64,000 nt of DNA, from assembly GCF_009914755.1 (NCBI RefSeq), contig NC_060925.1. The stretch is one strand, 5' to 3'. The notes under the pieces are model-generated. The model did no database searches. It saw nothing but the letters and a program-made list of their open reading frames with translations, and was not told where the DNA came from. This document shows positions 29,551 through 43,456 of this stretch, piece after piece (within the stretch, counting starts at the first letter, position 1; every line of letters begins with the position of its first letter). This DNA comes from the human T2T-CHM13v2.0 reference genome, Homo sapiens. A program made the position numbers and the translations under genes.

Positions 29551-30089
29551 GCTTCAGATACCTGACTGAGTTAGAAGGAACCTGAACTAGCTTTAGTTAA
29601 GGATCGTAAGTAGGAAAGGTTTCAGGAAGACAGAGAATAATGGATTCACATAAATCCAAAGAGTCTGGGACTCCATCTCAGAATTTGTGCTTTTCTAGAG
29701 AAATGGGGAATCATAGGATCTTGGTAGCTACAATGGGGAAGTTTTAACCTAAACAAAATTCTCATAAATGGGGTGCATTGAAAAAAAAGGATCCCAAATA
29801 CCTCAGAAACAATGGTATATATTTTTGATTAGCATGCAAAGGTTTCTCAGATATTTTTCTTTTGTATCCTCTGCCTTCTCTGTATCTGCTCTTTCACTTG
29901 GTTACCACCTAAACTTGAAGACCATAAAAAAATAATAATAGATAAGTGTTTGTTTATAAAATTGGGCTCTCCCTCAAGTCAAACAGATCTCCTTTTAATT
30001 TTATTACTGAAAATTATTTTTGATTTATACAGACTGTCCTTTATCCAATTCTGTATTAATAAGCTTTTAAGTTTGGATTTTTTTTTATA

Positions 30090-30274
30090 TTTTCTCTCTT
30101 TTTTTTTTTTTTTTCTGAAATAGGGTCTTGCTCTGTCACCCAGGCTGCAGTGCAGTGGTATGATCAGGGCTCACTGCAAACTCCACCCTAGACCCAAGTG
30201 ATCCTCCCACTTCAGCCTCTTGGGTAACTGGAACTACAGGCACATCCCACCACACCTGGCTAATTTTAATTTTT
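30090..30274 (-). mobile_element. AluJ right arm (split by L1)
   Basis: Poly-T plus right monomer, ending at the A-rich linker. Confidence 0.9.
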
Positions 30275-33200
30275 TTTTTTTTACTTTCAACATTTATTTT
30301 AGATTCAGGGAGTATATGTGCATGATGCTGAGGTTTGGCATACAAATGATCCCATTGCCCAGGTAGCGAGCATGGTACCCAACAGTTAGTTTTTCAGTCC
30401 TTACCTCCTACTCTTCCTCCTGCTTCTAGTGGTCCCCAGTGTCTCTTGCTGCCATTTTTATGTCCAAGAGTATCCAATATTTAGCTCCCACTTATAAGTG
30501 ACAACATGTGTTGTTTGATTTTGTGTTCTGAAATTAATTTGCTTAGGATAATGGCCTCCAGCTGCATCCATGTTGCTGCAAAAGACATGATTTTGTTCTT
30601 TTTTGTGGCTGCATAATATTCCATGGTATATACATACCACATTTTATTTATCCAGTTCACCACTGGTAGGCACCTAGGTTGATTCCTTGTCTTTGCAATT
30701 GTGAATAGTGCTGTGATAAACATAGGAATGCATCTATGTTTTTGGTAGGATAATTTATTTTCTTTTGGAAATATACCTAGTAATGGGATTGCTATGTCAA
30801 ATGGTAGTTCTGTTTTAAGTTCTTTGACAAATTTCCAAACTGCTTTCTATAGTGGCTGAGCTAATTTACATTTGCACCAACAGTTCATGTTTCCCTTTTC
30901 TTCATAGCCTCACCAGCATCTGTTGTTTTTTGACTTTTTCATAATAGCCATTTTAACTGGTGTAAGATGGCATCTCATGGTTTTGATTTGCATTTCTCTG
31001 ATGATTAGTGATGTTGAGCATTTTTTCATGTTTTTTGGCTGCTTGTGCATCTTCTTTTGAGAAGTGTCTGTTCATGTCTTTTGCTCATTTTTAATGGGGT
31101 TGTTTTTTGCTTGTTCAACTGTTTAAGTTCCTTATACATTCTAGATATTAGACTTTTATCAGATGCATAGTTTTCAAATATTTTCTCCCATTTTGTAAGT
31201 TGTCTGTTTACTCTGTTGATAGTTTCTTCTGCTGTTCAGAAGCTCTTTAGTTCACTTAGGTCCTACTTGTCAATTTTTGTTTTTGTTGCAATTGATTTTG
31301 AGGATGTGGGCATACTTTTTTTCCAAGGCTGATGTCCAAAATGGTGTTTTCTAGGTTTTCTTCTAGGAATCTTATAATTTAAGGCCTTACATTGAGTCTT
31401 TAATCCATCTTGAGTTAATTATTGTATATAGTGAAAGATAGGGGTCAAGTTTCACTCTTCTGTGTATCACTAGCCAGCTATACCACAGCATTTATTGAAC
31501 AGGGAGTCTTTTCCCTATTGCTTATTTCTTTGATTTTGTCAAAGATCAAATGTCTGTACATGTGCAGCTTTAATTCCGGGTTCTTTCTTTTATTCATTGG
31601 TCTATATGTCTGTTTTTGGTACCTGTGCCATGCTGTTTTGGTTACTGTAGACTTATAGTATAGTTTGGTAATGAGATGTCTCCGGCTTTGCTCTTTTTGC
31701 TTAGCATTTCCTGGACTACTGGGGTTCTTTTTTGATTTCATATGAATTTTAGAATAGGTTTTTCTATTTCTATGAGAAATGATGTTGGTAGATTGATAGT
31801 GTTAAATCTATAGATTGCTTTTGGCAGCACTGCCATTTTAAAGATGTTCATTCTTTCAATCCATGAGCATGGAATGTTTTTCCATTTGTTTGTGTCATCT
31901 ATTATTTCTTTCAGCCATGTTCTGTAGTTGTCCTTGTAGTGATCGTTCACCTCCTTGGTTAGATGTATTCCTAGGTATTTGTGTGTGGGTGGGGGTGGGG
32001 TGGGGGTGGGGAGGGGCATTGTAAATGGGATTGTATTCTTGATGTTATGCTCAGCTTGAATGTTCTTGGTTAGAAATACTACTGATTTTTGTACAATGAT
32101 TTTGTATCATGAAACTTTATTGAAGTTGTTTATCAGTTCCAGAAGCCTTATGGCAGTGTCTTTAGGGTTTTCTTGGTGTAAGATCATATTGTCTGCGAAG
32201 AGAAATAGTTTGACTTCTTCTTTTCGTATTTGAATCCCGTTTATTTCTTTCTCTTGCTCGAATGCACTGGCTAGGACTTCAGGACTATTTTGAATAGGAG
32301 TGGTGAGAGTGGGTATTCTTGTCTCATCCAGTTCTCAAGGGGAATGCTTCCAGTTTTTGCCCATTAAGTATGATGCTGGCTGTGGATTTGTCATAGATGG
32401 CTCTTATTATTTTGAGATATGATCTTTTGAAGCTTAGTTTTTTGAGGGTTTTTATCATGAAGGGATGTTGAATTTTATTGGGTGTTTTTCTCACACCTAT
32501 TGAGATGATCATATGGTTATTGTTTTTTATTCCATGAAAGTGGTAAATCACATTTATTTATTTGCACATGTTGAGCCAATGTTGACTAACAGGAATGAAG
32601 CTTATTTGATCGTGATGAATTAATTTTTTTCTAATTTTGTGAATTTATTTTTTTATGTAGTTCTGGATTTGGTTTGCTAGTATTTTGTTAAGGATTTTTT
32701 TGTGTCTATGTTCATCCAGGTTATTGGCCTGTAGTTTTTTGTTGTTGTTGTTGTATTTTGCCAGCTTTTGGTATCAGGGTTATGCTGGTTTTGTAGACTG
32801 AGTTAGGAAGGAGTCCCTTTTAGATTTTTTGGAATCATTTTAGTAGAATTTGTGTCAGCTCTTTGTATGTCTGGTGGAATTCAGGTGTTAATCCGTCTGA
32901 TCTGAGACTTTTTTGATTGGTAAATTTTTTATTAGTGGTTTAATTTTGGAACTCGATATTGGTCTGTTCAGGGTTTTAATTTATTTCCAATCCAATCTTG
33001 GGAGGTTGTGTGTTTCCAGGAATGTATCAATGTCTGTAGATTTTCTGGTTTGTGTGTATAGAGATGTTCATAGTCATCTCTGAGAATCTTTTATGTTTCT
33101 ATGGGATCAGTTGTAATGTCACCTTTGTTGCTTTTGATTGTGCTTATTTGGATATTCTCTTCTCTTTTTTAAAATCTAGCTAGTGGTCTATTGATCTTGT

Positions 33201-34274
33201 TTATCATTTCATGAAACCAACTTTTGGTTTTTGGTACTTTGTATCAATTTTTATGTGTCAGTTTTATTTAGTTCTACTCTGATTTTAGTTATTTCTTTTC
33301 TTCTGCTGGCTTTGGGGTTAGTTTGTTTTGTTTTTCTAGTTCCTCTAGGTGTGATGTTAGATTGCTTATTTGAGATCTTTCTAACTGTTGAGGTAGGCTT
33401 TTAGCACTATAAACTTTCCTCTTAACACTACTTTTGCTATCTCCAAAAGATTTTGGTATGCTGTGTATCTGTTTTCATTTATTTCAAGGAATGTTTTATT
33501 TTTGCCTTAATTTTATTGTGTACCTAAAAGTCATTCAGAAGCAAGTTGTTTAGTTTCCATGTAATTGTGTAGTTTTTGAAGATCTTTTGGTATTGATTTC
33601 TATTCTTATTCCACTGTGGTCTGAGAGTAAGGTTGATATGTGATATGGTTTGGCTGTGCCCCACCCAAATATCTTCTTGAATTGTAACTCCCACAGTTCC
33701 CACATTTCATGGGAGGAACCCAGTGAGAGGTAATTGAATCATGGGGGCGGGTCTTTCCTGTGCTGTTCTCATGATAGTGAATAAGTCTCATGAGATCTGA
33801 TGATTTTTAAATGGAAGTTTCCCTGCATGAGGGAAACTCTCTCTCTTTGCCTGCTGCCATCCATGTAAGACAAGACTTGCTCCTCCTTACTTTCCACCAT
33901 GAGTGTGAGGCCTCCCCAGCCATGTGGAACTGTAAGCCCATTAAACCTTTTCTTCTTCCCAATATTGAGTATGACTTTATCAGTAGCATGAAAATGAACT
34001 AATACAATATGATTTAAATTTTTTTGAATTTACTGAGATTTACTTTCTAGCCCAGCATGTGGTGGATCATGTTTGGTGTGCAAATGAGAAGAATGTATAT
34101 TCTGTGGCTGATGGGTGAAGTGTTCTGTAGATGTCTCACAGGTCCAGTTGGTTAAGTGTTGAGTTTAAGTCTAGAATTTCTTTGTTAGTTTTCTGCTTCT
34201 GTAACGTGCCTAATGCTGTCAGTGGGATGTTGAAGTCTTTTACTATTATTGGGTGGTTGTCTAAGTCTTTTTCA
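30275..34274 (-). mobile_element. 5'-truncated L1PA15/16-like element
   Basis: ORF2 peptides on the minus strand (MFITALFTIAKT; [11 protein letters not shown]; [11 protein letters not shown]), 3'UTR at the left end. Confidence 0.95.
33641..34006 (+). mobile_element. THE1 solo LTR inside L1
   Basis: tgatatggtttggctgtg...gaactaataca. Exact TSD atatg. Confidence 0.95.
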
Positions 34275-34437
34275 AATTTTAGTTTTTTATACTTTAATTT
34301 TATTTTTTAAATAAAATTTTTGTAGAGATGGCGGGTGGGGGTCTTACTTTGTTGCCCAGGCTCGTCTTGAACTCCTGGCCTCAAGTGATCCTCCCACTTC
34401 AGCTTCCCAAATTGCCCAGAATTACAGGCATTAGCCT
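34275..34437 (-). mobile_element. AluJ left arm (split by L1)
   Basis: tttttgtagagatgg...gaactcctggcctcaagtgatcctccc...attacaggc. Confidence 0.88.
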
Positions 34438-34939
34438 GTAATTATAACTAAATTATAAAATCCCTTAAAGAAGTTCTATTCAAATTGTCTTAGAGATAAA
34501 TGAATATTTATATCAATTACGTATTCCCAAACCTCTCAGAAAAATAGAAGATGACCCAAATGTTTTTAAGTTCACAAGGTCTGGGGAAATCTCTGGTAAT
34601 AATTTTAAAATTGTTGACAAAATAAAAATAGAAATGTTTTTAAAATTGTCAGCATTAAGTATAATGCAGACATACTTTTAATTTTAACCTGAATTTATTA
34701 GTCAAACAACCTTATGTTATCTCCTAGATGTTAAGACCATAAAACTACAAATCTAACTTAAGAGAAGGAATGCAGAGTAAAACTAAATTACTTTTTGCAT
34801 GTCAGTCATGGAAGTAAAAACAAAAAACAGAGGAAATAATATGTTTAACTTTTTGATTTTAATTTTAATTTCTTTGCTTCTGTATGTTTTTGATACTTGT
34901 TTGATATATCAACAAAAATAAAACAGCTTAAAATGATAG

Positions 34940-35481
34940 TATAGGCAAAGGAAAACTTTCTCTCTACCCTTTAAGGATTTGATAACTAAATCTATGAAAT
35001 AAATAAAAGACAGATTTACAGGAGAAAAGGTATACAAATTTGTTATGTGCATGGGACATCATAGGAATGAAAAGTAAATACCTCCCCCTACCCAACCACC
35101 ACCACCACCACCAACAGTGATATTTAAAAGCTTATATACCCTCTTCATAGGGGAGAAGGAAGAGAAAATGTAGACAACCTAGGGGAGAGTAAATAATTCC
35201 TGGGAAAGATGAATGGGTCCTTATTAGAATAGATGATAGTTTGTAATGACACTTATCTGAGATCGACTTCTAGTCTCTTCTCCTGGAATAGGAGTTGGTC
35301 TTTCCTGGTTAATAAAACTCTTGGGGGAGGGGATTGATGACCAAGTTCCTTGGAGTATTATCTCTAGGCTAAGGAGGGTCAGAAAAAGCCTAACCCTGCA
35401 TTTGCTGCTTTTCAACTGTCTTCAGCTTAAACTAATGTACCAAAGTAGCATATTTTGGGGTGACACTTCCCAGACTCGTCA
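34940..35481 (-). mobile_element. MER34-group ERV1 solo LTR
   Basis: Ends ccaaagtagcatattttggggtgac...tca. Exact TSD atag. Confidence 0.78.
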
Positions 35482-35489
35482 ATAGCTAG

Positions 35490-35819
<330 letters not shown>

Positions 35820-36609
35820 TAATGTTTTAGGAAATTTTTCATGAGGAGTTCAAGAATAATTGTTAAAAAATGAGTGAATGAGGTAAATGTATGTGAAATA
35901 AAAGTTTACAAAATTTCAAAAATAATTACGTTTTATGCAACATGTCTATTTAAAAGTAGTTTCAAAAGTTTTTTTTAGTAACTTGAAACATTAAAGTTAT
36001 GTTATATTAGATAATATATATTCATTAAATGTCTAAGTTATTTCTAAGTAAGTTAAAATATTGAAGCAGTAATTACTGAATATATGTTTAGTTTATATAC
36101 TTTTGGCATCTTGTCATTTCACAGCTATAGAGAAGCTGGAAATATTTGGGTTTGTTAATAAACATAAAAATTATACTATAAAAACATGCATGCTTTTAGA
36201 AATGAAAGATACTGAAAGTAATTGTAATTGGTATATTTAATTAAAACTATTAGCTATAATAAAGAAAACAACTATATGTGAGGAAAGTAAGATGTATTTT
36301 TAGTAAAGAAAGTAGTAAAGTATGAGGATGTGTTTTGTTTAAGGAAAAAAAAAATTTGAAAGACAAATTTTAATGTGTGGTCAAATTAGCTAAAATTAAA
36401 TGAATTATTGTGTTTTAAAAATGAGCCTTAATATCAAAATTATATTGGCAAAAAACTAGAAATTGATTTTCCTCCTGTTAAAGGAACAAAGTTTTTTTTA
36501 ATGAAAGGTTTTTATTTCTTGAGTGATATGCCTAGAAAACAAAAATTCTGCATTGTATTAAGATAATTTCTTATGTTTCATGTTAAGATAATTTCTTGTG
36601 CTTCATCCC

Positions 36610-36683
36610 TTTTTTTTGAGATAGTGTCTTGCTCTGTCACACAGGTAGGAGTGCAGTGGCGCAATCATGGCTCACTGCAGCCT
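36610..36683 (-). mobile_element. Alu 3' fragment (~75 bp)
   Basis: ttttgagatagtgtcttgctctgtc...ggctcactgcagcct. Confidence 0.88.
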
Positions 36684-37081
36684 TTATCATGTCTTTGATT
36701 ACTTAAGAAAACTGACTTCTCTCTACTAAAATAACTAAGGTTTTTTCCTACAACTATTTAACATTTTGAATTTGCCTTTGAAGTCTTTAATTATCATTCT
36801 GGTTAAATAAGTATGTAAGTATCTTTTCACAGTTACCTGTGGTCTATTTAGTCAAGTGTTTTAAGCCTTTTGACATTTTTGTTGTCCTTAAATCAAATTC
36901 TGAATTAAGTTATTTTGACCTCCACTAACTTTGGGATGTTTCAGAGATTCCCTAGAATATCTCAAAATAATGTGTTCACTCTCCTTACAAAAAAAGATAT
37001 GTTAAATTAATTAGGCTTATTTGGTATTTTAAATTAAATGAAAAACATTGTGTCACTCAGATAATAAGTGACCCTAAACCA

Positions 37082-37365
37082 TTTTTTTTTTTGAGAAAAG
37101 GTATCACTCTGTTGCCCTGGCTGCAGTGCAGTGGCACAATCATGGCTCACTGAAGCATTAATCTCCTAGACTCAAGCTATCTTCTTCCATCAGCCTTCTG
37201 AGTAGCTGGGACTACAGGCATGTGCTACTATGCCTTGCTAATTAAAAAACATTTTTTTTTTAAAGACAGGGTTCTACTATGTTGACCAGTCCTGGGCTCA
37301 AGTGATCCTCTAGCTTCAGCTTCCCAAAGTGCTAGGATTACAGACATAAGCCATCATGCCTGGCC
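37082..37365 (-). mobile_element. AluJ
   Basis: Diverged dimeric Alu. Confidence 0.93.
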
Positions 37366-37565
37366 TGATACTTAGTGTTTTTAAAGTTATATTTATTGGT
37401 GTGTTATTGATATGAGCATGCCAGAAATTACATGGAATTCCTAGAAATATGATTTATTCTGGTATAATATTATTAGTCATGATCTTGGTTGTTATATTAA
37501 AGTATTATATGACACAAAAAGTATGAAATTCTCTTGTCAATTGCATTATAATGAACTCTCATCAC

Positions 37566-37860
37566 TTTTTTTTTTAAATTGGAACAGTGTCTTGCTCTGA
37601 CACACAGGTTGGAGTGCAGTGGCACAATCATGACTCACTGTAGCCTTGATCTCCCCAGCTCAAGCGATCCACCTCAGCCTCCTGGGTAACTGGGACTACA
37701 AGCATGAGCCATCACACCTGGCTAATTAAAAAAAAAATTTTCTTGTAGAGTCAAATCTGACTATGTTGCTCATGCTGGTTGAACTCCTGGGCTCAAGTGG
37801 TATTCTCACCTAGGCCTCTTAAAGTGCTGAGATTACAGGCCTGAGCCACGACACCTGACC
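37566..37860 (-). mobile_element. AluJ
   Basis: Dimeric Alu, TSD tctcatcac. Confidence 0.93.
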
Positions 37861-37926
37861 TCTCATCACAATTTCAACCATGGCTATCCTAAGTCATGTC
37901 ATCCACAGACAGTTATTTTACTGTGA

Positions 37927-38230
<304 letters not shown>

Positions 38231-39741
38231 TTACTCTGATATTTTTATAAAACTATAACTTGAATGTGTTTTGTCTTAAAGGAGATTCATGGAAAGGACT
38301 TTAAGAAGTATAGTTTTCTGATAACTTTAAGATTACACCACTGGACTGAGTAAGAATTTCCAGAAATCTAATGAAGAAACTGATGAGTTGATGAAACTGC
38401 TAACCAGGATCAAACAGAAAAAGAATTAATTACATGTGATTGAATGCACTGATGAGGATAAATTTTTATGATTTTTCATTTGAAATTTTGCAGTTTTTTA
38501 TTTTAATATTTTATTTTCCAGAATTAAGAAAGTGTTTTCTTTTAAGTTGTCCATAGCTTATAGCAATTTGGTAAAGTATATCTTTGTAAACAGAGACAAA
38601 ACAAGTACTTTTGCCCCTGCCTGATCTCTCCAGAATTTGTGAATATTCTTATTTTTATGGAAACATAGTTATTTGCTATGTTTAACAAAAATCTGTTCTT
38701 TTTAAATAAGTCAGTTGGAAATATTGATTATAATAACAACATTTTGACTGGAATGTCATATTTGAGAATGTGCATAGAAAATATGCCTTCGAGGGATTCC
38801 TTGGTCTTACAAAAAGAAGGCCCAGGAAACTTAAAAGTATTTGGGGAAACTTGAGAAAAGAGAAAATCCATCGAAGTTTATAGGTATTACAGCTAAGTCT
38901 GATGGTGAGGCTTGGCTTCCTAGTTTCAAGAGCCTTTTAACAGTCTAATCTGAGATTCCTTATTAAAAGTTTCGGCAAAGTAGACTTAAAAAGAGACTGT
39001 TTAGTTAATCACGAGTCTTGCTATACTGGGTAGGTGATTAGGCCGTGTTTAATGAGACCTGTTTTGCAGGTTGATTGATCTTGCAATGATTGTCTTTGAG
39101 ATGGGGGTGACTATGGAGAGAAAAAATTATATTTCTTAAGGAAACTATACCCATTATCATATTCTAGCCTTGTTCATTGTTTCTGAGTATTTATTACCTG
39201 CCTGTACACTTGACTGAATCCTGAATCCTTCTAGCCAATATCTGGCTGTGATTCTTCAAACTAACATTTCCAGTTTTCTCCCACCTTTTTAACTTGGAAT
39301 GACTGAGAACAAAAACTGCCCCTTTCCTGAAGCTCTGAAAGCTGAAACTGGGTGACTTGACATAGACTTCAGAGAAATGATAACAACAGTTTATGTATAG
39401 ACAATCTTGTGGTATGATTGAGTGGAAAGCGTGCCAAATAAGTATGGTATTCATGATGAGGGACTGTTGAAAGGATAATGGCTGTGCACATGTGTAGAAG
39501 GGAGTTGTCAACATTTTCACTTATGGAAAAAACCCAGTCTCAGACATTTTTGAAACATGGCTTTTCTCAGAATCTGCATGCAGAAAGAAAAGAGCGAATT
39601 ATCAACCAGTCAGAAACCAAGTGACTATTCATCTCAGTTTTGAATGTATTAGTTTTACAAATTCTCTTTACATGTTAATACACCTTCCCCTATCTCCTTA
39701 CTTTCTAGAATTGTTGTGGAATTCATAGAAGGAGGTCCTAG

Positions 39742-40041
39742 GGCCAGGAGTGGTGACTCATGCTTGTAATCTAAGCACTTTGGGAGGCCAAGGAGGGTGG
39801 ATCATGTGAGGTCAGGAGTTTGAGACCAGCCTGACCAACATGGTGAAACCCTGTTTCTACTAAAAATACAGAATTATCCTGGCTTGGTGGCATGTGCCTG
39901 TAATCCCAAATACTCAGGAGGCTGTGGCAGGAGAATCACTTGAACCTGGGAGGCAGAGATTTCAGTGAGTGGAGATTGTGCTACTGCACTCCAGCCTGGG
40001 CAACAAGAGCAAAACTTCATCTCAAAAAAAAAAAAAAAAAA
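39742..40041 (+). mobile_element. AluS
   Basis: Dimeric Alu, A-tail, TSD gaaggaggtc(c/t)t. Confidence 0.95.
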
Positions 40042-40369
40042 TGGAAGGAGGTCTTGTATTCACAAATAAATTCACAACATACATTGAGAAGTGATTCAAG
40101 TGCATCTTTAAAAAATAGGAAAAATAACAGTAAACATGGATAAATTATAAATCTAATCAGAGATGCAGATACATATTTTGAAGACAAGAGGAATCACAGT
40201 AAACAAGGTAAGGTATTCTTAAGTAGATATACATTTGACAAGAAAAAGAGTCACAGTATTTGTTCAGAAGTACAAAGACAGTATGACATTGAAGTTGTAA
40301 AACATTAAGAATAGTTTTTATTAGTTGAGTTTTTAACTTTCAGAATATATAAAAGGGTACATGTGTATG

Positions 40370-40824
40370 TGAGAGGTGATGCCAGCTGGACTTCCTGGGT
40401 TGAGTGGGGACTTAGAGAACTTTTCTGTCTTACAAGAGGTTTGTAAAATGCACCAATCAGTGCTCTGTAAAAATGCATCAATTAGCACTCTGTAGCTAGC
40501 TAGAGGTTTGTAAAATGGACTGATCAGCACTCTGTAAAATAGACTATGCAGCACTCTGTAAAATGGATCAATCAGAAGGACATGGGCAGGGACAAATAAG
40601 GGAATAAAAGCTGGCTACCCCAGCCAGCAGCAGCAACCTGTTCAGGTCCTCTTCCATGCTGTGGAAGCTTTCTTCTTTTGCTCTTCACAATAAATCTTGC
40701 TACCACCCACTCTATGGGTCCATGTCATCTTTAAGAGCTGTAACACTCACTGAGAATGTCTGCAGCTCCATTCTTGAAGTCAGTGAGACCACGAACCCAC
40801 TGGAAGGAATAAACTCCAGACACA
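40370..40824 (+). mobile_element. 5' LTR (LTR12F-like, 455 bp)
   Basis: ~24-bp ccaatcagc-type tandem repeats, ggaataaaagc TATA-like box, AATAAA at ~40688. Confidence 0.93.
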
Positions 40825-40827
40825 TCT

Positions 40828-40845
40828 TGGGGGCTCATCCGGAAT
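40828..40845 (+). other. Primer-binding site, tRNA-Pro type
   Basis: TGGGGGCTCATCCGGAAT matches TGGGGGCTCGTCCGGGAT at 16/18 and lies 3 nt after the LTR. A splice donor-like GTGAGT follows at 40857. Confidence 0.85.
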
Positions 40846-42001
40846 ATCACCACGTGGTGAGTACCACTGGACCCCTTTGACTTGCAATTCTGTCCTGTGT
40901 TTCCTTAGAATTTAGGGACTAAACATTGGGCACCTGTCGGCCAGTTAAAAGCGAATAGTATGGCTGCCGGACTAAAGACACAGGGGTCAGGCTTTCTGGG
41001 AAAGGGCTCTCTAACAACCCCTAACTCTTCAGAGTTGGGAGCGTTGGTTTGCCTGGAACTAGCTTCCTCTTTTTCTGCATTTCCGGGCTCAGCCGAGGGT
41101 CGACAGAGAGGAAAACTGTTCAGCTCTGGGGTCCTGATAAAAAGTTCACTGACCCTGCAGTCATGAGTGGAACTCTCAAAGTCACATTGCCCAAGTGAGA
41201 CTCACCCATCTATCCTATCTATCTTGACCCTTGCCTCCTGGGTCCTAACGCCTGTCAGACAAACCTCCTCCTACCTCTCTTCTCTGAGGCTAGTCCTTCT
41301 TCTGAAAACCATTCCCTGTTTCTGGTGTTTTTCTAGTTTCTCCTATAAGAATGATTTCTTGTATAAATTTCAGGACTCTGTCTCTTTCTTTAGGCACTAA
41401 GGCTCACCAATCAGACGGACATAATTTTTGCCCAAAGCCCCATTGGAGGGGCACCATCGGGAATTTCAGGATCCCTCCTCAGACTAGCAGGCCTGAGAAA
41501 AGCTATTCCTGAAGCTAGGATATGGGGGCCTCAGAAATTATATTCTTCCTATTCATATGATAAGTAAGAACAAAAGGCATCACTCTTCCAACCCTGGAGA
41601 TCCCTTCCCTCCTTCAGGGTATGGCCCTCCACTCCATTTTGAGGCATATCATCTTTATAGGACAGGGGTAAGGTCCCAATACTAACAAGAGAAAATGCTT
41701 AGGATTCTAACAGGTTTTCGAGATGCGTTGGTAAGGGCCGCTAAATCTGATTTTTCTTGGTCCTTTTAGTGGTCTAAAAGGAAACGTAAGGGTGCAGGTT
41801 TTTTAGAATGCATTGGTAACGGCCACTAAATGTGACCTTCCTTGGTCCTCTTTGTGGTCTAGGAGGAAAATTAGTGTTTCTTCTGCTGTTTTGGTGAGTG
41901 CAACTATTCGGATCAGCAGGGTCCAGGGACCATTGTGGGTTCTTGGACGGGGGTGGGGGATGGGAACAAACAAACCAAAACCATGGGCATTTTTCTTTCA
42001 G

Positions 42002-43456
42002 ATGGGAAACTCTCAGGCAACAACAGGCTCACCCTTGAAATGCATCCTAAGCCATTGGGACTAATTTGACCCCCAAACCCTGAAAAAGAAGTGGCTTATT
42101 TTTTTCTGCACTATGACCTGGCCCCAATATTTTCTCTCTGATGGGGAAAAATGGCCATCTGAGGGAAGTATAAATTACAATACTATGCTGCAGCTTGATG
42201 TTTTCTGTAAAAGGGAAGGCAAATGGAGTGAAATACCTTATGTCCAAGTTTTCTTTTCATTAAAGGAGAATCCACAACTATGCAAAGCTTCCAATTTACA
42301 TTCCACAGAAGGACCTCTCAGCTTACCTCCATATCCTAGCTTCCTACAGCTCCCCTTCCTATTAATGATAAGCCTCCTCTAATCTCCCCCACCCAGAAGG
42401 AAACAAGCAAAGAAATCTCCAAAGGACCACAAAAAGCCCTGGGGATATCGGTTGTGTCCCCTTCAACTGTAGGGGGAGGGGAATTTGGCCCAACCTCTGT
42501 ACATGTCCCCTCCTCCCTCTCTGATTTAAAGCAGATCAAGATAGACCCAGGGAAGTTTTCAGAAGATGCTGATAGGTATATACATATCCTACAGGGTCTA
42601 GGGCAAACCTTTGACCTCACTTGGAGAGATGTTATGCTATTGTTAGATCAAACCCTGGCCTTTAATGAAAAAAATGCAGCTTTAGCTGCAGCCCGAGAGT
42701 TTGGAGATACCTGGTGTCTTAGTCAAGTAAATGATAGGATGACAGCTGAAGAAAGGGAAAAATTCCCTACTGGTCAGCAAACCATCCCCAGTATCCCCAC
42801 TGGGATCTCAACTCGGATCATAGGGACTGGAGTCACAAACATCTGTTGATGTGTGTTCTAGAAGGACTAAGGAGAATTAGGAAAAAGCCCATGAATTATT
42901 CAATGATGTCCACCATAACTCAGGGAAAGGAAGAAAATTCTTCTGCCTTCCTCAAAAGGCTATGGGAGGCCTTAAGAAAATATGCTCCCCTGTCACCCAA
43001 CTCCATCAAGTGTCAATTGATCCTCAAAGATAAGTTTATTACCCAATCAGCCACAGATACAGGAGAAAGCTCCAAAAGCGAGCCCTGGGCCCTGAACAAA
43101 ATCTGGAGGCATTATTAAACCTGGCAACCTCAGTGTTCTATAATAGAGACCAAGAGGAACAGGCCGAAAAAGAAAAGCAAGATCAGAGAAAGGCCACAGC
43201 CTTAGTCATGGCTCTTAGACAAACAAACCTTGGTGGTTCAGAGAGGACAGAAAATGGAGCAGGCCAATCACCCAGTAGGGCTTGTTACCAGTGTGGTTTG
43301 CAAGGAAACCTCAAAAAAGATTGTCCAATGAGAAACAAGCTGCCCCCTCGCCCATGTCCTCTATGCCAAAGCAATCACTGGAAGGCACACTGCCCTAGAA
43401 GGCAGTGGTTCTCTGGGCCAGAAGCCCTCAACCAGATGATCCAACAACAGGACTGA
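42002..43456 (+). pseudogene. gag: HERV9 gag (disrupted)
   Basis: MGNSQA start, [26 protein letters not shown] (MHR), two zinc knuckles (CYQCGLQGNLKKDC, CPLCQSNHWKAHC). Stops and frameshifts present. Confidence 0.93.

Noticed and set aside
40440-40580. Regular ~24-bp repeats (also 47330-47445), superficially CRISPR-like
   Set aside because: These are standard LTR12 U3 CCAAT tandem repeats with no unique spacers, in eukaryotic context.
41720-41875. ~87-bp direct repeat in the pre-gag leader
   Set aside because: It appears to be an ordinary feature of the ERV9/HERV-W leader.
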